Assembly (NCBI GenBank): GCA_002449755.1
Contig: DJXM01000045.1
Span: forward strand, 34,270 to 98,269
Direction of reading: 5' to 3'
From: Bacillales bacterium UBA7004
Lineage (GTDB): Bacteria; Bacillota_I; Bacilli_A; Acholeplasmatales; Anaeroplasmataceae
DNA length: 64,000 nt
Part shown: positions 42,941-54,019 of the stretch, piece after piece
Position numbering within the stretch: the stretch's first letter is position 1
Layout of the letters: the number at the start of each line of letters is the position of its first letter
The notes under the pieces: model-generated
The model's database searches: none
What the model was told of the DNA's origin: nothing
The model's input: only the letters and a program-made list of their open reading frames with translations
Program-made: the position numbers and the translations under genes

Positions 42941-44053
42941 ATGGCTAAAAGAGATTATTATGAGGTACTTGGCTTAAGCAAGGGTGCATCAGAAGACGAA
43001 ATTAAAAAAGCATATAGACAGCTTGCTAAAAAGTATCATCCAGATATTAATAAAGAACCAGGCGCTGAAGAAAAATTTAAGGAAATAAATGAAGCATATG
43101 ACACATTATCTGATCCTGATAAGAAGGCTAGATACGACCAATATGGCTTTGATGATCCAACTCAGGGCTTTAGTGGTGGAGCTTCTGGCTTTGGTGGAGG
43201 CTTTGGTGGATTTGAGGATATTTTCTCTCAATTCTTTGGTGGAGGTAGAACAAGAAATTCAAATGCTCCACAGCAGGGTGCTGATATAGAAAAGCAAATG
43301 AGTATCACATTTGAGGAAGCAGTCTATGGATGTAAGAAAAAGATTCGTTTATCTGTAGATGAGGAATGTATTCAATGTGGTGGTACTGGTGCGGCTAGCA
43401 AAAATGATATTAAGACATGTACTAAGTGTGGTGGACGTGGTAGAGTTGTAATGCGTCAACAAACTATCTTTGGATATACTAATGTTGAAACAGCCTGCCC
43501 TGATTGTCGTGGTAAGGGTAAAATTATTACTAAGAAATGTCCTGATTGTAATGGTGCTGGACGTGTTAGAAGAACTAAGGATGTTGAGGTTACAATTCCA
43601 GCAGGTATGCAAACAGGTATGACATTAAGAATGGAAGGCTATGGTGGAGCTGGTATTAACGGTGGTCCTAATGGCGATTTATATATTTCATTCATTTGTG
43701 GTGAGCATAAGCAATTTAAGCGTGAAGGTCAGGATATTATTTTAACTATTCCATTAAGCTATTATCAGGCTGTATTAGGAGATACTATCGAGGTTCCTAC
43801 AATTGATGGTAATGTATCATTAAAGATTCCTGCAGGTACTCAGCCAGGCACTAAGCTAAGATTAAAGGGACGTGGCTGTAAGAATCCTAAGGGTGGAGCT
43901 CAGGGTGATCAATATGTCATTTGTAATGTCATTGTTCCAACAAGCCTAACTAAAGAAGAAAAGAAGGCTATTGAGGAATTAAGAGACCAAGAGAAAAAGG
44001 ATAAAAAGTCTCCTTGGGAGAATTTTAAAAATCTTTTTACTAAGAAGAATTAA
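42941..44053 (+). CDS. dnaJ: Chaperone DnaJ
   Basis: HPD J-domain, G/F-rich region, four CxxCxGxG repeats. Confidence 0.98.
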   Translation: MAKRDYYEVLGLSKGASEDEIKKAYRQLAKKYHPDINKEPGAEEKFKEINEAYDTLSDPDKKARYDQYGFDDPTQGFSGGASGFGGGFGGFEDIFSQFFGGGRTRNSNAPQQGADIEKQMSITFEEAVYGCKKKIRLSVDEECIQCGGTGAASKNDIKTCTKCGGRGRVVMRQQTIFGYTNVETACPDCRGKGKIITKKCPDCNGAGRVRRTKDVEVTIPAGMQTGMTLRMEGYGGAGINGGPNGDLYISFICGEHKQFKREGQDIILTIPLSYYQAVLGDTIEVPTIDGNVSLKIPAGTQPGTKLRLKGRGCKNPKGGAQGDQYVICNVIVPTSLTKEEKKAIEELRDQEKKDKKSPWENFKNLFTKKN

Positions 44054-44061
44054 TAAAACCT

Positions 44062-44089
44062 GGAATATGTTTTTGCATATTCCTTTTTT
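44062..44089 (+). terminator. Intrinsic terminator after dnaJ
   Basis: GGAATATG-loop-CATATTCC followed by T6. Confidence 0.85.
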
Positions 44090-44150
44090 ATTGAAAAAAT
44101 TTTTTGTTCTTGTTATAATATTTTTGTATTTTTAATTCGGAGGAAGAAAG

Positions 44151-44798
44151 ATGGAACAAAATCAATTTGAAGGTCTAGACGAAGTTGAACAAGAAGAGGT
44201 TAAACTTAATTTAGAACCAGAATTAAAGGAATATGAAAAGCTTTTATTAGCTGAACAGGAAAGACAATTAGTAGATAAGGCTAGAAATCTATTAAATTAT
44301 GGTTGCTTCCAGCAAAAGGAAGAAACTGTATTAGATTTTAAGATTTTATCTAGATTAAATACTAAGAAGTATAAGGGTAAATATGATTTATACCAAAACA
44401 TTGAAACTGGTGATTTAATTTGGATTTGTCCTTTAATTGAAGCATCTGATGACGAAGATAAGGAAAAGGTAAAAAAGCCTTATGCTTATGATTGTGTTAT
44501 TATCGATAAGATGGATGAGGAAACTTATCAAGAGGTAATTAAGGCAGCTAATCATAATTTAACAAATTTAGCATCTGTTTGCTACAAGGCTGGTATCATT
44601 GGGTATATCGTATTATTAGTATTTACATTAATTGTATTTATTAATAATCTTATTAGTTTCTTTGATAATGGATATGTTTTCTTTAGCGCTATCGCAAGTT
44701 CTATTAATTCAACTGGTGTTTATTTTGGATTTGATGTAGCTATCGCATTTATCCTAGTATTAGTTTCTATTAGATATAAGAAGTTTAAGAATCAATAA
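44151..44798 (+). CDS. Hypothetical protein with two C-terminal TM helices
   Basis: GGAGG RBS, TGTTATAAT at 44111; acidic soluble N-terminal part. Confidence 0.75.
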   Translation: MEQNQFEGLDEVEQEEVKLNLEPELKEYEKLLLAEQERQLVDKARNLLNYGCFQQKEETVLDFKILSRLNTKKYKGKYDLYQNIETGDLIWICPLIEASDDEDKEKVKKPYAYDCVIIDKMDEETYQEVIKAANHNLTNLASVCYKAGIIGYIVLLVFTLIVFINNLISFFDNGYVFFSAIASSINSTGVYFGFDVAIAFILVLVSIRYKKFKNQ

Positions 44799-44800
44799 TT

Positions 44801-45535
44801 ATGCAAAAGTATTTTATTTCAGAAAGAGAATTTGCTAACAAAATAATTGATAGTGATGATGCATTTCATATCATAAATGTAATGAGATCAAAGATTCACG
44901 ATCAAATATTAGTTAGTAATGGTATTAATACATATTTAGTAGAAATAACTAATCTTTCAAATAAAATGGTATCTTTTGAAATAATAAAGGAAGAAACCGG
45001 CAGTAAAGAAATGCCGGTTTTTGTTACAATTTTTCAGGGCTATCCAAAGGGTGATAAGATGGAAGATATTATTAAGCATGGAACAGAATTAGGTGCTTAT
45101 TCATTTTATCCTACGATGATGAAAAGATCTATTGTTAAAATAGATGAAAAGAAAAAGGTATCAAAATTAGAAAGATTTAATAAGATAGCAAAAGAGGCTG
45201 CTGAACAGTCATATAGAGATATCCTACCTAAGGTAGTTGATATAATAGAATTAAAGAAAATTGATTTTAGTTCATATGATTATAAAATATTATGCTTCGA
45301 GGAATCTGCGAAGCAAAATGAAAATTCTAATTTTAAGAATATAATTAAGAAATTGAAGAAAAACGATAAGGTTGCTGTAGTAATAGGGCCTGAGGGTGGA
45401 ATAGATGAATCTGAGGTTAAATATTTAGAATCAAAAGGATTTATACCTTGTGCCTTAGGACCTAGAATATTAAGAACAGAAACTGCTGCTTTCTATGTTT
45501 TATCTTCAATTAGTTATGAAATGGAGCTGAAATAG
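44801..45535 (+). CDS. rsmE: 16S rRNA m3U1498 methyltransferase
   Basis: KGDKME, TELG, EAAEQSYR, IGPEGG, LGPRILRTETA. Confidence 0.96.
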   Translation: MQKYFISEREFANKIIDSDDAFHIINVMRSKIHDQILVSNGINTYLVEITNLSNKMVSFEIIKEETGSKEMPVFVTIFQGYPKGDKMEDIIKHGTELGAYSFYPTMMKRSIVKIDEKKKVSKLERFNKIAKEAAEQSYRDILPKVVDIIELKKIDFSSYDYKILCFEESAKQNENSNFKNIIKKLKKNDKVAVVIGPEGGIDESEVKYLESKGFIPCALGPRILRTETAAFYVLSSISYEMELK

Positions 45536-46824
45536 TGAAGTGTGGATTTATTACACTTGGTTGTAAGGTAAATATTTATGAATCTAATGCCTTAAAGGAA
45601 GAACTAGAAAAGAGAGGCTTTACAGTAATAGATGCCGAGGATGATTGTGATGTATATGTTATTAATACATGCTCAGTTACAAATATGGCAGATGCTAAAA
45701 GCCGTAAAATGATAAGAAAATGCATAAAGATGAATCCTAATGCCGTTATTTGTGTTATGGGCTGTTATGCTCAAACTAATCCTGAGGCAAAAACAATCGA
45801 TGGTGTTGATATTTTAATTGGTAATGGTAATAAAAAGGAAGCCGTTGATAGAATAATGGAATTCCTAAATGGCGAAAGAAAAGAAAAATATATTAATATT
45901 TTGGATATATTAAATACTCAAGAATATGAGCCTTTAGGTGTAACAACATATGATCATACAAGAGCCTTTGTTAAAATAGAGGATGGTTGTCAAAATTTCT
46001 GTACATATTGTATTATTCCATTTGCGAGAGGCCCTGTTAGATGTAAGGATTCAGATTCTGTAATTAATGAATTAAAGAATATTACAGCTAATGGCTATAG
46101 TGAGGTAGTTTTAGCTGGTATTCATACAGGAAGATATAATGATGGTAAATTAAATTTATCTGGATTAATTAAAAGAATATTAAATGAGGTAAAGGATTTA
46201 AAAAGACTTAGATTATCGTCTATTGAAATAAATGAAATAGATGATGAATTTTTAGAATTAATGAAGAATTCTAAGGTCCTAGCTAATCATTTACATTTAC
46301 CGCTTCAGGCTGGTAGCGATAATACATTAAAAAATATGCATAGAAAATATAATGTAGAATTTTTCAAGAATAAGGTGAAGAAAATAAAAGAGGTTAGACC
46401 TGATATTTCTATTACTACAGATATTATTGTAGGATTCCCATTAGAAACTGAAGAGGATTTTATTGAAACATGTAATGTTGCTAAGGAATTAGAAATGTCT
46501 AAGCTTCATGTTTTCCCTTATTCTAAAAGAGCTGGTACATTAGCTGTTAAGCTAGAACAGGTAAATGATAGTGTTAAAAAGGATAGAGCTTCTAGATTAA
46601 TAGCATTATCTAATGAATTAGAGGAAGCCTATGCTAAAAAATTTATAGGTCAGGTTTTAGATGTTATTGTTGAGCAAAAAACAGCTGAAAATAGAATGAT
46701 TGGTCATACATCTAACTTCCTACAGGTAACTATGCCTCTTGATGAGTCATTAATAAAAAAACAGGTAAATGTAAAAATTATTAGCGTAGAAAATAATAAA
46801 ATTCTAGGAATTGTCGAAAAATAA
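45535..46824 (+). CDS. mtaB: tRNA t6A37 methylthiotransferase
   Basis: TLGCKVNIYES, NTCSVT, CQNFCTYC radical-SAM motif, HVFPYSKRAGT; GTG start overlapping the rsmE stop. Confidence 0.95.
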   Translation: MKCGFITLGCKVNIYESNALKEELEKRGFTVIDAEDDCDVYVINTCSVTNMADAKSRKMIRKCIKMNPNAVICVMGCYAQTNPEAKTIDGVDILIGNGNKKEAVDRIMEFLNGERKEKYINILDILNTQEYEPLGVTTYDHTRAFVKIEDGCQNFCTYCIIPFARGPVRCKDSDSVINELKNITANGYSEVVLAGIHTGRYNDGKLNLSGLIKRILNEVKDLKRLRLSSIEINEIDDEFLELMKNSKVLANHLHLPLQAGSDNTLKNMHRKYNVEFFKNKVKKIKEVRPDISITTDIIVGFPLETEEDFIETCNVAKELEMSKLHVFPYSKRAGTLAVKLEQVNDSVKKDRASRLIALSNELEEAYAKKFIGQVLDVIVEQKTAENRMIGHTSNFLQVTMPLDESLIKKQVNVKIISVENNKILGIVEK

Positions 46825-46844
46825 TGAAAAGTGTGAAAAAACTC

Positions 46845-46873
46845 TTTACAAATAAAAATTGTTTTGATATAAT
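46845..46873 (+). promoter_or_regulatory. Promoter for rpsU
   Basis: TTTACA, 17-bp spacer, TG-A-TATAAT. Confidence 0.7.
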
Positions 46874-46908
46874 TCTTCTCGGAATTCGTCCTTGAAAGGA
46901 GGCTTAGT

Positions 46909-47082
46909 ATGCCAAAAATCGTTGTACGTGAAAAAGAAAGTATCGAAGATGCACTACGTAGATTTAAACGTGATGTTTCAAGATCTGGTAATCTTCAAGA
47001 GGCGAAGAAACGTCAATATTATTTAAAGCCTAGTGATGTACGTAAACAAAAGCGTCAAGAAGCTAGAAAGAGATTTAAGTAA
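46909..47082 (+). CDS. rpsU: 30S ribosomal protein S21, not in the ORF track
   Basis: Manual translation [57 protein letters not shown]; AAAGGAGG RBS. Confidence 0.97.
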   Translation: MPKIVVREKESIEDALRRFKRDVSRSGNLQEAKKRQYYLKPSDVRKQKRQEARKRFK

Positions 47083-47088
47083 AAACTT

Positions 47089-47117
47089 GGGAGCAAAATT
47101 GCTCCCTTTATTTTTTT
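47089..47117 (+). terminator. Intrinsic terminator after rpsU
   Basis: GGGAGCAA-AA-TTGCTCCC followed by a T-rich run. Confidence 0.85.
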
Positions 47118-47149
47118 AAATATTGTATAATTAATTGGGTGGTGTTTTT

Positions 47150-47863
47150 ATGAAGATATTAATGATGGGTGATTCTACAATGAAAAGAAATAATTATTAT
47201 TCCTATCCACAATTTGGATGGGGACAAGGATTAGAGCTTTTTGTTAAGGATGATATATTAATATATAATTATGCAGAAAATGGAAGAAGCACAAAATCAT
47301 TTATTGATGAAGGAAGATTTGATAAGCTATTATCTAATTTAGAAAAGGGAGATTTTGTAATTTGCTCATTTGGGCATAATGATGAAAAAATCCAGGATCC
47401 TAAAAGATATACAGAACCATATGGTGGATACATATCTAATTTAGATTATTTTGCTAAAGAGGTTGAAAAAAGAGGTGGGCATATTGTATATGCTACATCT
47501 ATCACTAGACATAAATTTGAAAATGGAAAATGTGTAAATAGTCATGGTGAATATCCTAGTGCTATGATTGATTATTGTAAAAAAACTAATCACACATGCA
47601 TTGATTTAAATAAGCTATCTATAGATTATTATACAAAGCTAGGAGAAGAAAAAACTAAAAAATATCATATGATATTTGAGGCTAATAGATATTCTAATTA
47701 TATAAATGGCTCAGATGATCATTCACATTTAATGATTGAGGGTGCTCAGCTTATGGCTTATCTATTTGTTAATGCTATTAGTAAAACAAATGACCCTATT
47801 AATGAATGCTTTATTGATTTAAGCTTGACAAATCAAATTGATTTTGAAGCTTTAAAGGATTAG
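47150..47863 (+). CDS. SGNH hydrolase, rhamnogalacturonan/pectin acetylesterase-like (CE12-type)
   Basis: GDST, GWGQ, NGRSTKSFIDEGR, FGHND, DHSH blocks; no signal peptide. Confidence 0.88.
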   Translation: MKILMMGDSTMKRNNYYSYPQFGWGQGLELFVKDDILIYNYAENGRSTKSFIDEGRFDKLLSNLEKGDFVICSFGHNDEKIQDPKRYTEPYGGYISNLDYFAKEVEKRGGHIVYATSITRHKFENGKCVNSHGEYPSAMIDYCKKTNHTCIDLNKLSIDYYTKLGEEKTKKYHMIFEANRYSNYINGSDDHSHLMIEGAQLMAYLFVNAISKTNDPINECFIDLSLTNQIDFEALKD

Positions 47864-47871
47864 GTGATATA

Positions 47872-48186
47872 ATGACCTTAGATTTTTTCTATAATAATTA
47901 TGATTTAAAAAATCTAGAAATTAAAAGTGCTGAGATAAGAAATAATAAATTGATAATTACTGTAATAGTAGTAGCATATTTAGAATTAATAGCTAATGGC
48001 TATAGACCTGAATTAGATGTTAATCATGAAATTGAATTTACATTTGATTATGATGGATTAAATAAAAATTATAATAATCCTGTAATCAATAATGTTGAAT
48101 TTAAGAATGATGTCTTAAATATTAGATTAAATGATGACCTATTAGCTATTAAAAATAATAATGTTTTAGTAAAACAAAAGAGTTAG
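47872..48186 (+). CDS. Hypothetical protein
   Basis: AGGTGA RBS; 104-aa ORF immediately after the esterase. Confidence 0.6.
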   Translation: MTLDFFYNNYDLKNLEIKSAEIRNNKLIITVIVVAYLELIANGYRPELDVNHEIEFTFDYDGLNKNYNNPVINNVEFKNDVLNIRLNDDLLAIKNNNVLVKQKS

Positions 48187-48245
48187 TTTTACAAAAAAAT
48201 TTTTTTGTGCTAATATTATAGTAAGGTTCGATTTTGGGGGCATCT

Positions 48246-49304
48246 ATGTATACTAAGGAACAATTAGAGCAATATGAATATTTTAAAGGCTTAGATATGG
48301 AATATGTTTTAGATGACTTAACTGGCTGTGTATCTAGAGGATATATTATTGGTTTTGTAAAATATCTAATTGATAATAAGGAGCCATTTGCCTTTTCTAT
48401 TATTGATTTAGATAATTTTAAGCTAATTAATGATAATTATGGTCATTCTGTTGGTGATGAATGCTTAATTAATATTTCTAATGCATTTATAAATTATATT
48501 GGTAATGACGGAGTTGTAGGAAGATATGGTGGAGATGAATTCATTGTTGTTTATTTATGTAAGGAGCCTACATATGAAAATTCACATCAATTCTTTACTA
48601 GACTTTTCCATGATAAGCAGATTGTAAGAAGAACCTTAGAATTAAGTAGTGTTCGTCTATTTGTTACCGCAACTGCTGGTGTTGCATCATTCCCATATGA
48701 TTCTTTAAATTTTGATGATTTATTCCAAAAGGCAGATAAGGCCTTATATAGAGGTAAGCAAAAGGGTAGAAATTGTTATATTATTTATGTTGAGGATAAG
48801 CATAAGGATATAGATGTTCATAGAAGGGATAATGCATATTTACCTGATATGTTTGCTAGTCTTTGTAAGGCTACAAGATCGAGTGAGCCTTTTGAGATTA
48901 AGGTTAAATATTTATTAGATTATTTAGTTAATGCTGTTTCATCTACAGATTGCCTAGTGGTTATAAATGATTTAAATATTGAAACATTAACATCTAATGG
49001 TGCTAAAAATCTATTGAAGCCTTCTATGGAGGATTTTGGTCTTTTGTTTGATGATAAAACTGAATATATAGTTTCTAATCAATTAAAGGATTATAAGATG
49101 AAATCGCCAGGAATTAATAGATATATGACATCTACTAATACTCAATCTATAATGGCTTTTAAATTGGGTGTTACTAAAACATGTGGATATTTAGCTATAA
49201 TGGAAAATAGATTATTAAGAGTATGGCAGGAAAGAGAAGTATCTTTAGCTATGTATGTTGGTAAGCTGGTTTCTATGCTATATGAATTAAATGAAAAGAA
49301 ATAG
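48246..49304 (+). CDS. GGDEF-domain diguanylate cyclase with C-terminal GAF-like region
   Basis: DDLTG, DLDNFKLINDNYGHSVGD, RYGGDEF, ADKALYRGKQKGRN; C-terminal RVWQEREV typical of GAF ends. Confidence 0.9.
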   Translation: MYTKEQLEQYEYFKGLDMEYVLDDLTGCVSRGYIIGFVKYLIDNKEPFAFSIIDLDNFKLINDNYGHSVGDECLINISNAFINYIGNDGVVGRYGGDEFIVVYLCKEPTYENSHQFFTRLFHDKQIVRRTLELSSVRLFVTATAGVASFPYDSLNFDDLFQKADKALYRGKQKGRNCYIIYVEDKHKDIDVHRRDNAYLPDMFASLCKATRSSEPFEIKVKYLLDYLVNAVSSTDCLVVINDLNIETLTSNGAKNLLKPSMEDFGLLFDDKTEYIVSNQLKDYKMKSPGINRYMTSTNTQSIMAFKLGVTKTCGYLAIMENRLLRVWQEREVSLAMYVGKLVSMLYELNEKK

Positions 49305-49322
49305 GTCGATAGACCTATTTTT
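49299..49322 (+). terminator. Intrinsic terminator after the GGDEF gene
   Basis: AAATAGGTC-GATA-GACCTATTT followed by TT. Confidence 0.7.
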
Positions 49323-49341
49323 ATATGGGGGAAATTCTATA

Positions 49342-49977
49342 ATGGAATTTAAAATTATAATTGAAATAATATCGCTTGGTGTTGCCCTTTCTATGGATGC
49401 ATTTGCTGTATCTGTAACTAGTGGATTAATATATCAGGATATAAATAAGAAAAAATCTTTTTTCATTGCCTTTGTCTTTGGCTTTATGCAGGCTTTAATG
49501 CCTTTAATTGGGTATTTTTTAGTAGAGATAGTTACTAATATAGTCGGAGAACAAACTGGTGGTAACGCAGGTAGTTTAATAAGTGTAATTGTTACATGGA
49601 TAGCATTTAGCTTATTATTATTAATTGGTGGTAAAATGATTATTGAATCTATTAAGGAAATGAAATCACCTTTAGAGGAAAAGAATCCTAAGCTTTTTTC
49701 TATAAAGGAGGTTCTATATTTTGGGTTCGCAACAGCTATTGATGCGTTAGGCTCAGGCGTTGCCTTACATTCAGGATTATCAACTAATACTACAATATGG
49801 CTTCATGTAGGCATAATTATGGCTATAACGTTTGTTATATCGCTAGTAGGACTCTTCTTAGGTGGTAAAATAGAAAAACTATTTAAGGGCAAAATTGAGC
49901 TTACTGGAATTATTGGTGGTATCATTTTGATTGGTCTTGCGGTTTGGATTGTTCTTTCTTATTATTTAGGTGTTTAA
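49342..49977 (+). CDS. mntP: Manganese efflux pump MntP family protein
   Basis: ALSMDAFAVS, FGFMQALMPLIG, IGGKMI, ATAIDAL, GGIILIGLA. Confidence 0.88.
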   Translation: MEFKIIIEIISLGVALSMDAFAVSVTSGLIYQDINKKKSFFIAFVFGFMQALMPLIGYFLVEIVTNIVGEQTGGNAGSLISVIVTWIAFSLLLLIGGKMIIESIKEMKSPLEEKNPKLFSIKEVLYFGFATAIDALGSGVALHSGLSTNTTIWLHVGIIMAITFVISLVGLFLGGKIEKLFKGKIELTGIIGGIILIGLAVWIVLSYYLGV

Positions 49978-49979
49978 TT

Positions 49980-51230
49980 ATGGATAAAACAAAGGAATTA
50001 CAAAAATTAATTGATAGTAATAATTATGTAAAAATTGATAAGGGAGTTTACGAAATAGCTCCTCTTTTTTTGCATTCTAATATGATTTTAGAAATTTCAG
50101 ATGGAGCAATTTTAAAGGCTACATTAGATGAAGAAAAATATAATGATATTAAAACAAGAGTTGCAGGAATTGAAATGGAATGGTATCCTGCATTAATTAA
50201 TGTAATTAATTGTAATAATGTAATTATAAAGGGTAAGGGAATAATTGATGGTAATGGTCCATATTGGTATTCTAAATATTGGGGTATTGATATGAAAGGC
50301 GGAATGAGAGCGGAATATGATTCAAAAGGAATTAGATTCTTATGTGATTATGACTGTAAAAGACCTAGGAATTTATTGGTACAATCATCAAATAATATTG
50401 AAATATATGATATTAAATCAAAGGATTCTGGCTTTTGGAATATTCATATATTATATTCAAATACAGTTAAAATTAATGGTGTTATTATTGATTCAGCTAT
50501 AGATTACGCTCCATCTACAGATGGAATAGATATTGATTCATCAAATAATGTTTTAATAGAAAATGTTATTTCAAATACAAATGATGATTCTATAGCTATT
50601 AAATCAGGACGTGATAGTGATGGTATTAGAGTTAATATTCCATCATTTAATATAGAAATCAAAAATTGCTTAATTGAAAAGGGATTTGGAATTACTTTAG
50701 GCTCAGAATTATCTGGTGGTATTTATAATGTTAATATTCATGATATAAAATATAAAAATACTGATTGTGCATTTAGAATAAAATCATCAAATATGAGAAA
50801 GGGCTATGCTAAAAATATACATGCTTATAATTTAGAATGCATTAATGTTAAATATTTATTCCATATTAATTTAAATTGGAATCCTAATTATAATAAATGT
50901 GTGATTCCTAAATCTTATAATGGTGTAATTAAGGACTATTATAGTCTATTATTAAAAACCTGTGATAATCTGCCTGATACTATAATTGATGATATTTATA
51001 TTGATAATGTAAATTCTAAAATTCTAGATGATTATGATGGAATTAGTAGAGTATTTCATTTAGAGGGATTAGATACATCTCATATAAGAAATATTTATTT
51101 TAACAATATAAATGCGAATGCTATTGAACATGGATATATAAAAAATGTAGACAATCTAGATATAAAAAATTCGAATATTAAAACAAAAGTTGATATAATA
51201 AAAGAAAACAATGAATATGATAATAGGTGA
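49980..51230 (+). CDS. GH28 family glycoside hydrolase (second copy, divergent)
   Basis: RVAGIEM, GIIDGNG, PSTDGIDID, NDDSIAIKSGRD, TLGSELSGG, RIKS; no signal peptide. Confidence 0.9.
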   Translation: MDKTKELQKLIDSNNYVKIDKGVYEIAPLFLHSNMILEISDGAILKATLDEEKYNDIKTRVAGIEMEWYPALINVINCNNVIIKGKGIIDGNGPYWYSKYWGIDMKGGMRAEYDSKGIRFLCDYDCKRPRNLLVQSSNNIEIYDIKSKDSGFWNIHILYSNTVKINGVIIDSAIDYAPSTDGIDIDSSNNVLIENVISNTNDDSIAIKSGRDSDGIRVNIPSFNIEIKNCLIEKGFGITLGSELSGGIYNVNIHDIKYKNTDCAFRIKSSNMRKGYAKNIHAYNLECINVKYLFHINLNWNPNYNKCVIPKSYNGVIKDYYSLLLKTCDNLPDTIIDDIYIDNVNSKILDDYDGISRVFHLEGLDTSHIRNIYFNNINANAIEHGYIKNVDNLDIKNSNIKTKVDIIKENNEYDNR

Positions 51231-51236
51231 TGATTT

Positions 51237-52553
51237 ATGAAGAAAAATATATTAAAAATATTCACTATTGTTTTATTATTTGGCTTTACATTTACATTAT
51301 CATCTTGTGATTTCCATTTTGAAAAATTATTTGAATCAAGTAATGATAAAGAAAAAACTGATTCTAATGATTCTGATAAGGATAAGGCAAACACAGGAAG
51401 TACAGAAGATGAAAATGTAAATACAGGAAATACTGAAGAAAATAAGGATGATTCGACTGATAAAACTGATAATAGTGAAGAAGAAAAAACTGAAGATGAT
51501 GTAGTTCAACCAATTAGTGATAAAATCCAAGAAATCATTGAAGAAATTGAAGAAGAAATAGTTGTTAGTGATCCAACTGATAATGAAAAGACAAATATTG
51601 ATGAATTAAAAATTAAGGATTATTTGTTAGATTATACTAAGGATTATGGCTACATTAATTTATTGAATGATGAAAATGGCTATGATATGCAAAAGATTTA
51701 TGTTGAGGCATATAATTTAGCTAAGGATGTTCTTACAAGTGCTAATGATTATGAAACTAAGGAAATAAATGTTACTGTAACAAATCCTGATGGAACAAAG
51801 ACTACAGAAAAGCAGGAATATGTAATATTGCCAGCTATTAAATTTAATACATCAGATTATTCATCTAGCATGAATGCTAATATAGCAGCATCTGCGGTTA
51901 TGGAAATGATATATGATAATCCATTATTCTATTTCTTAAATACTGGATATTTATCTAGTCAGGATTCTATCCAACTAACATTAGTCAAGGAATATAGAAC
52001 AGCTGATGCAAGAAGTGTGATAAATAATAAAATATTAGCAATGCTTGATGATTTTGAATCAAATAATGATTTTACTGATTCAACTAATTATGATAAATAT
52101 GAAGCTATCAATAAATATATTATGAATAAGATTCAATATGCATATGAAGCTGATGGTGTAACTCCAGCAGATGATTATTGGGCTCATAATATTGAAGGAT
52201 TAGTTAATAGTACTTATTCTAAGGGTGTATGTGAATGCTACGCCAAGAGCTTTAAGCTAATAGCTGATCAATTAGATTTAGAAACTATTATGGCTACTGG
52301 TATGGCTCAATCTAATGGTTCTAGTGGTGGACATGCTTGGAATTATGTTAAATTAGATGAAAAATGGTATGGTATGGATGTTACTTGGAATGATGTATCT
52401 GTAGGAATGGCTAACAAGAATGGTAAATATTTCCTAAAGGGACAATCATTCTTATCAGATCATGCATCATATAATAGCAGTGTATATGGAATCTCTTATA
52501 GAGTAGATTCTCCAACACTTGCAGAGCATTCATATAATTCAATATTATTTTAA
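51237..52553 (+). CDS. Lipoprotein with transglutaminase-like (papain-fold) domain
   Basis: Lipobox LSSC, acidic low-complexity linker, GVCECYAK / HAWNYV / MDVTWND Cys-His-Asp triad. Confidence 0.85.
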   Translation: MKKNILKIFTIVLLFGFTFTLSSCDFHFEKLFESSNDKEKTDSNDSDKDKANTGSTEDENVNTGNTEENKDDSTDKTDNSEEEKTEDDVVQPISDKIQEIIEEIEEEIVVSDPTDNEKTNIDELKIKDYLLDYTKDYGYINLLNDENGYDMQKIYVEAYNLAKDVLTSANDYETKEINVTVTNPDGTKTTEKQEYVILPAIKFNTSDYSSSMNANIAASAVMEMIYDNPLFYFLNTGYLSSQDSIQLTLVKEYRTADARSVINNKILAMLDDFESNNDFTDSTNYDKYEAINKYIMNKIQYAYEADGVTPADDYWAHNIEGLVNSTYSKGVCECYAKSFKLIADQLDLETIMATGMAQSNGSSGGHAWNYVKLDEKWYGMDVTWNDVSVGMANKNGKYFLKGQSFLSDHASYNSSVYGISYRVDSPTLAEHSYNSILF

Positions 52554-52558
52554 ATGAG

Positions 52559-52582
52559 AGGGATGCGTTGCATCCCCTTTTT
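52559..52582 (+). terminator. Intrinsic terminator (plus strand)
   Basis: GGGATGC-GTT-GCATCCC followed by a T run. Confidence 0.8.
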
Positions 52583-52590
52583 AAATGCAT

Positions 52591-52621
52591 AAAAAAAGCA
52601 CCGCTTCAATAGAAGCAGTGC
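52591..52621 (-). terminator. Intrinsic terminator of gdhA
   Basis: Minus strand GCACTGCTTC..GAAGCGGTGC followed by T7. Confidence 0.8.
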
Positions 52622-52633
52622 GGGGGTTGTATT

Positions 52634-54019
<1,386 letters not shown>

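Noticed and set aside
49305-49341. yybP-ykoY manganese riboswitch ahead of mntP
   Set aside because: Spacer is under 40 nt and holds only a terminator hairpin and RBS
51340-51500. Low-complexity repeat-like DNA in the transglutaminase-like lipoprotein
   Set aside because: Encodes an acidic linker with only a short imperfect duplication (NTGSTED/NTGNTEE); not a tandem array
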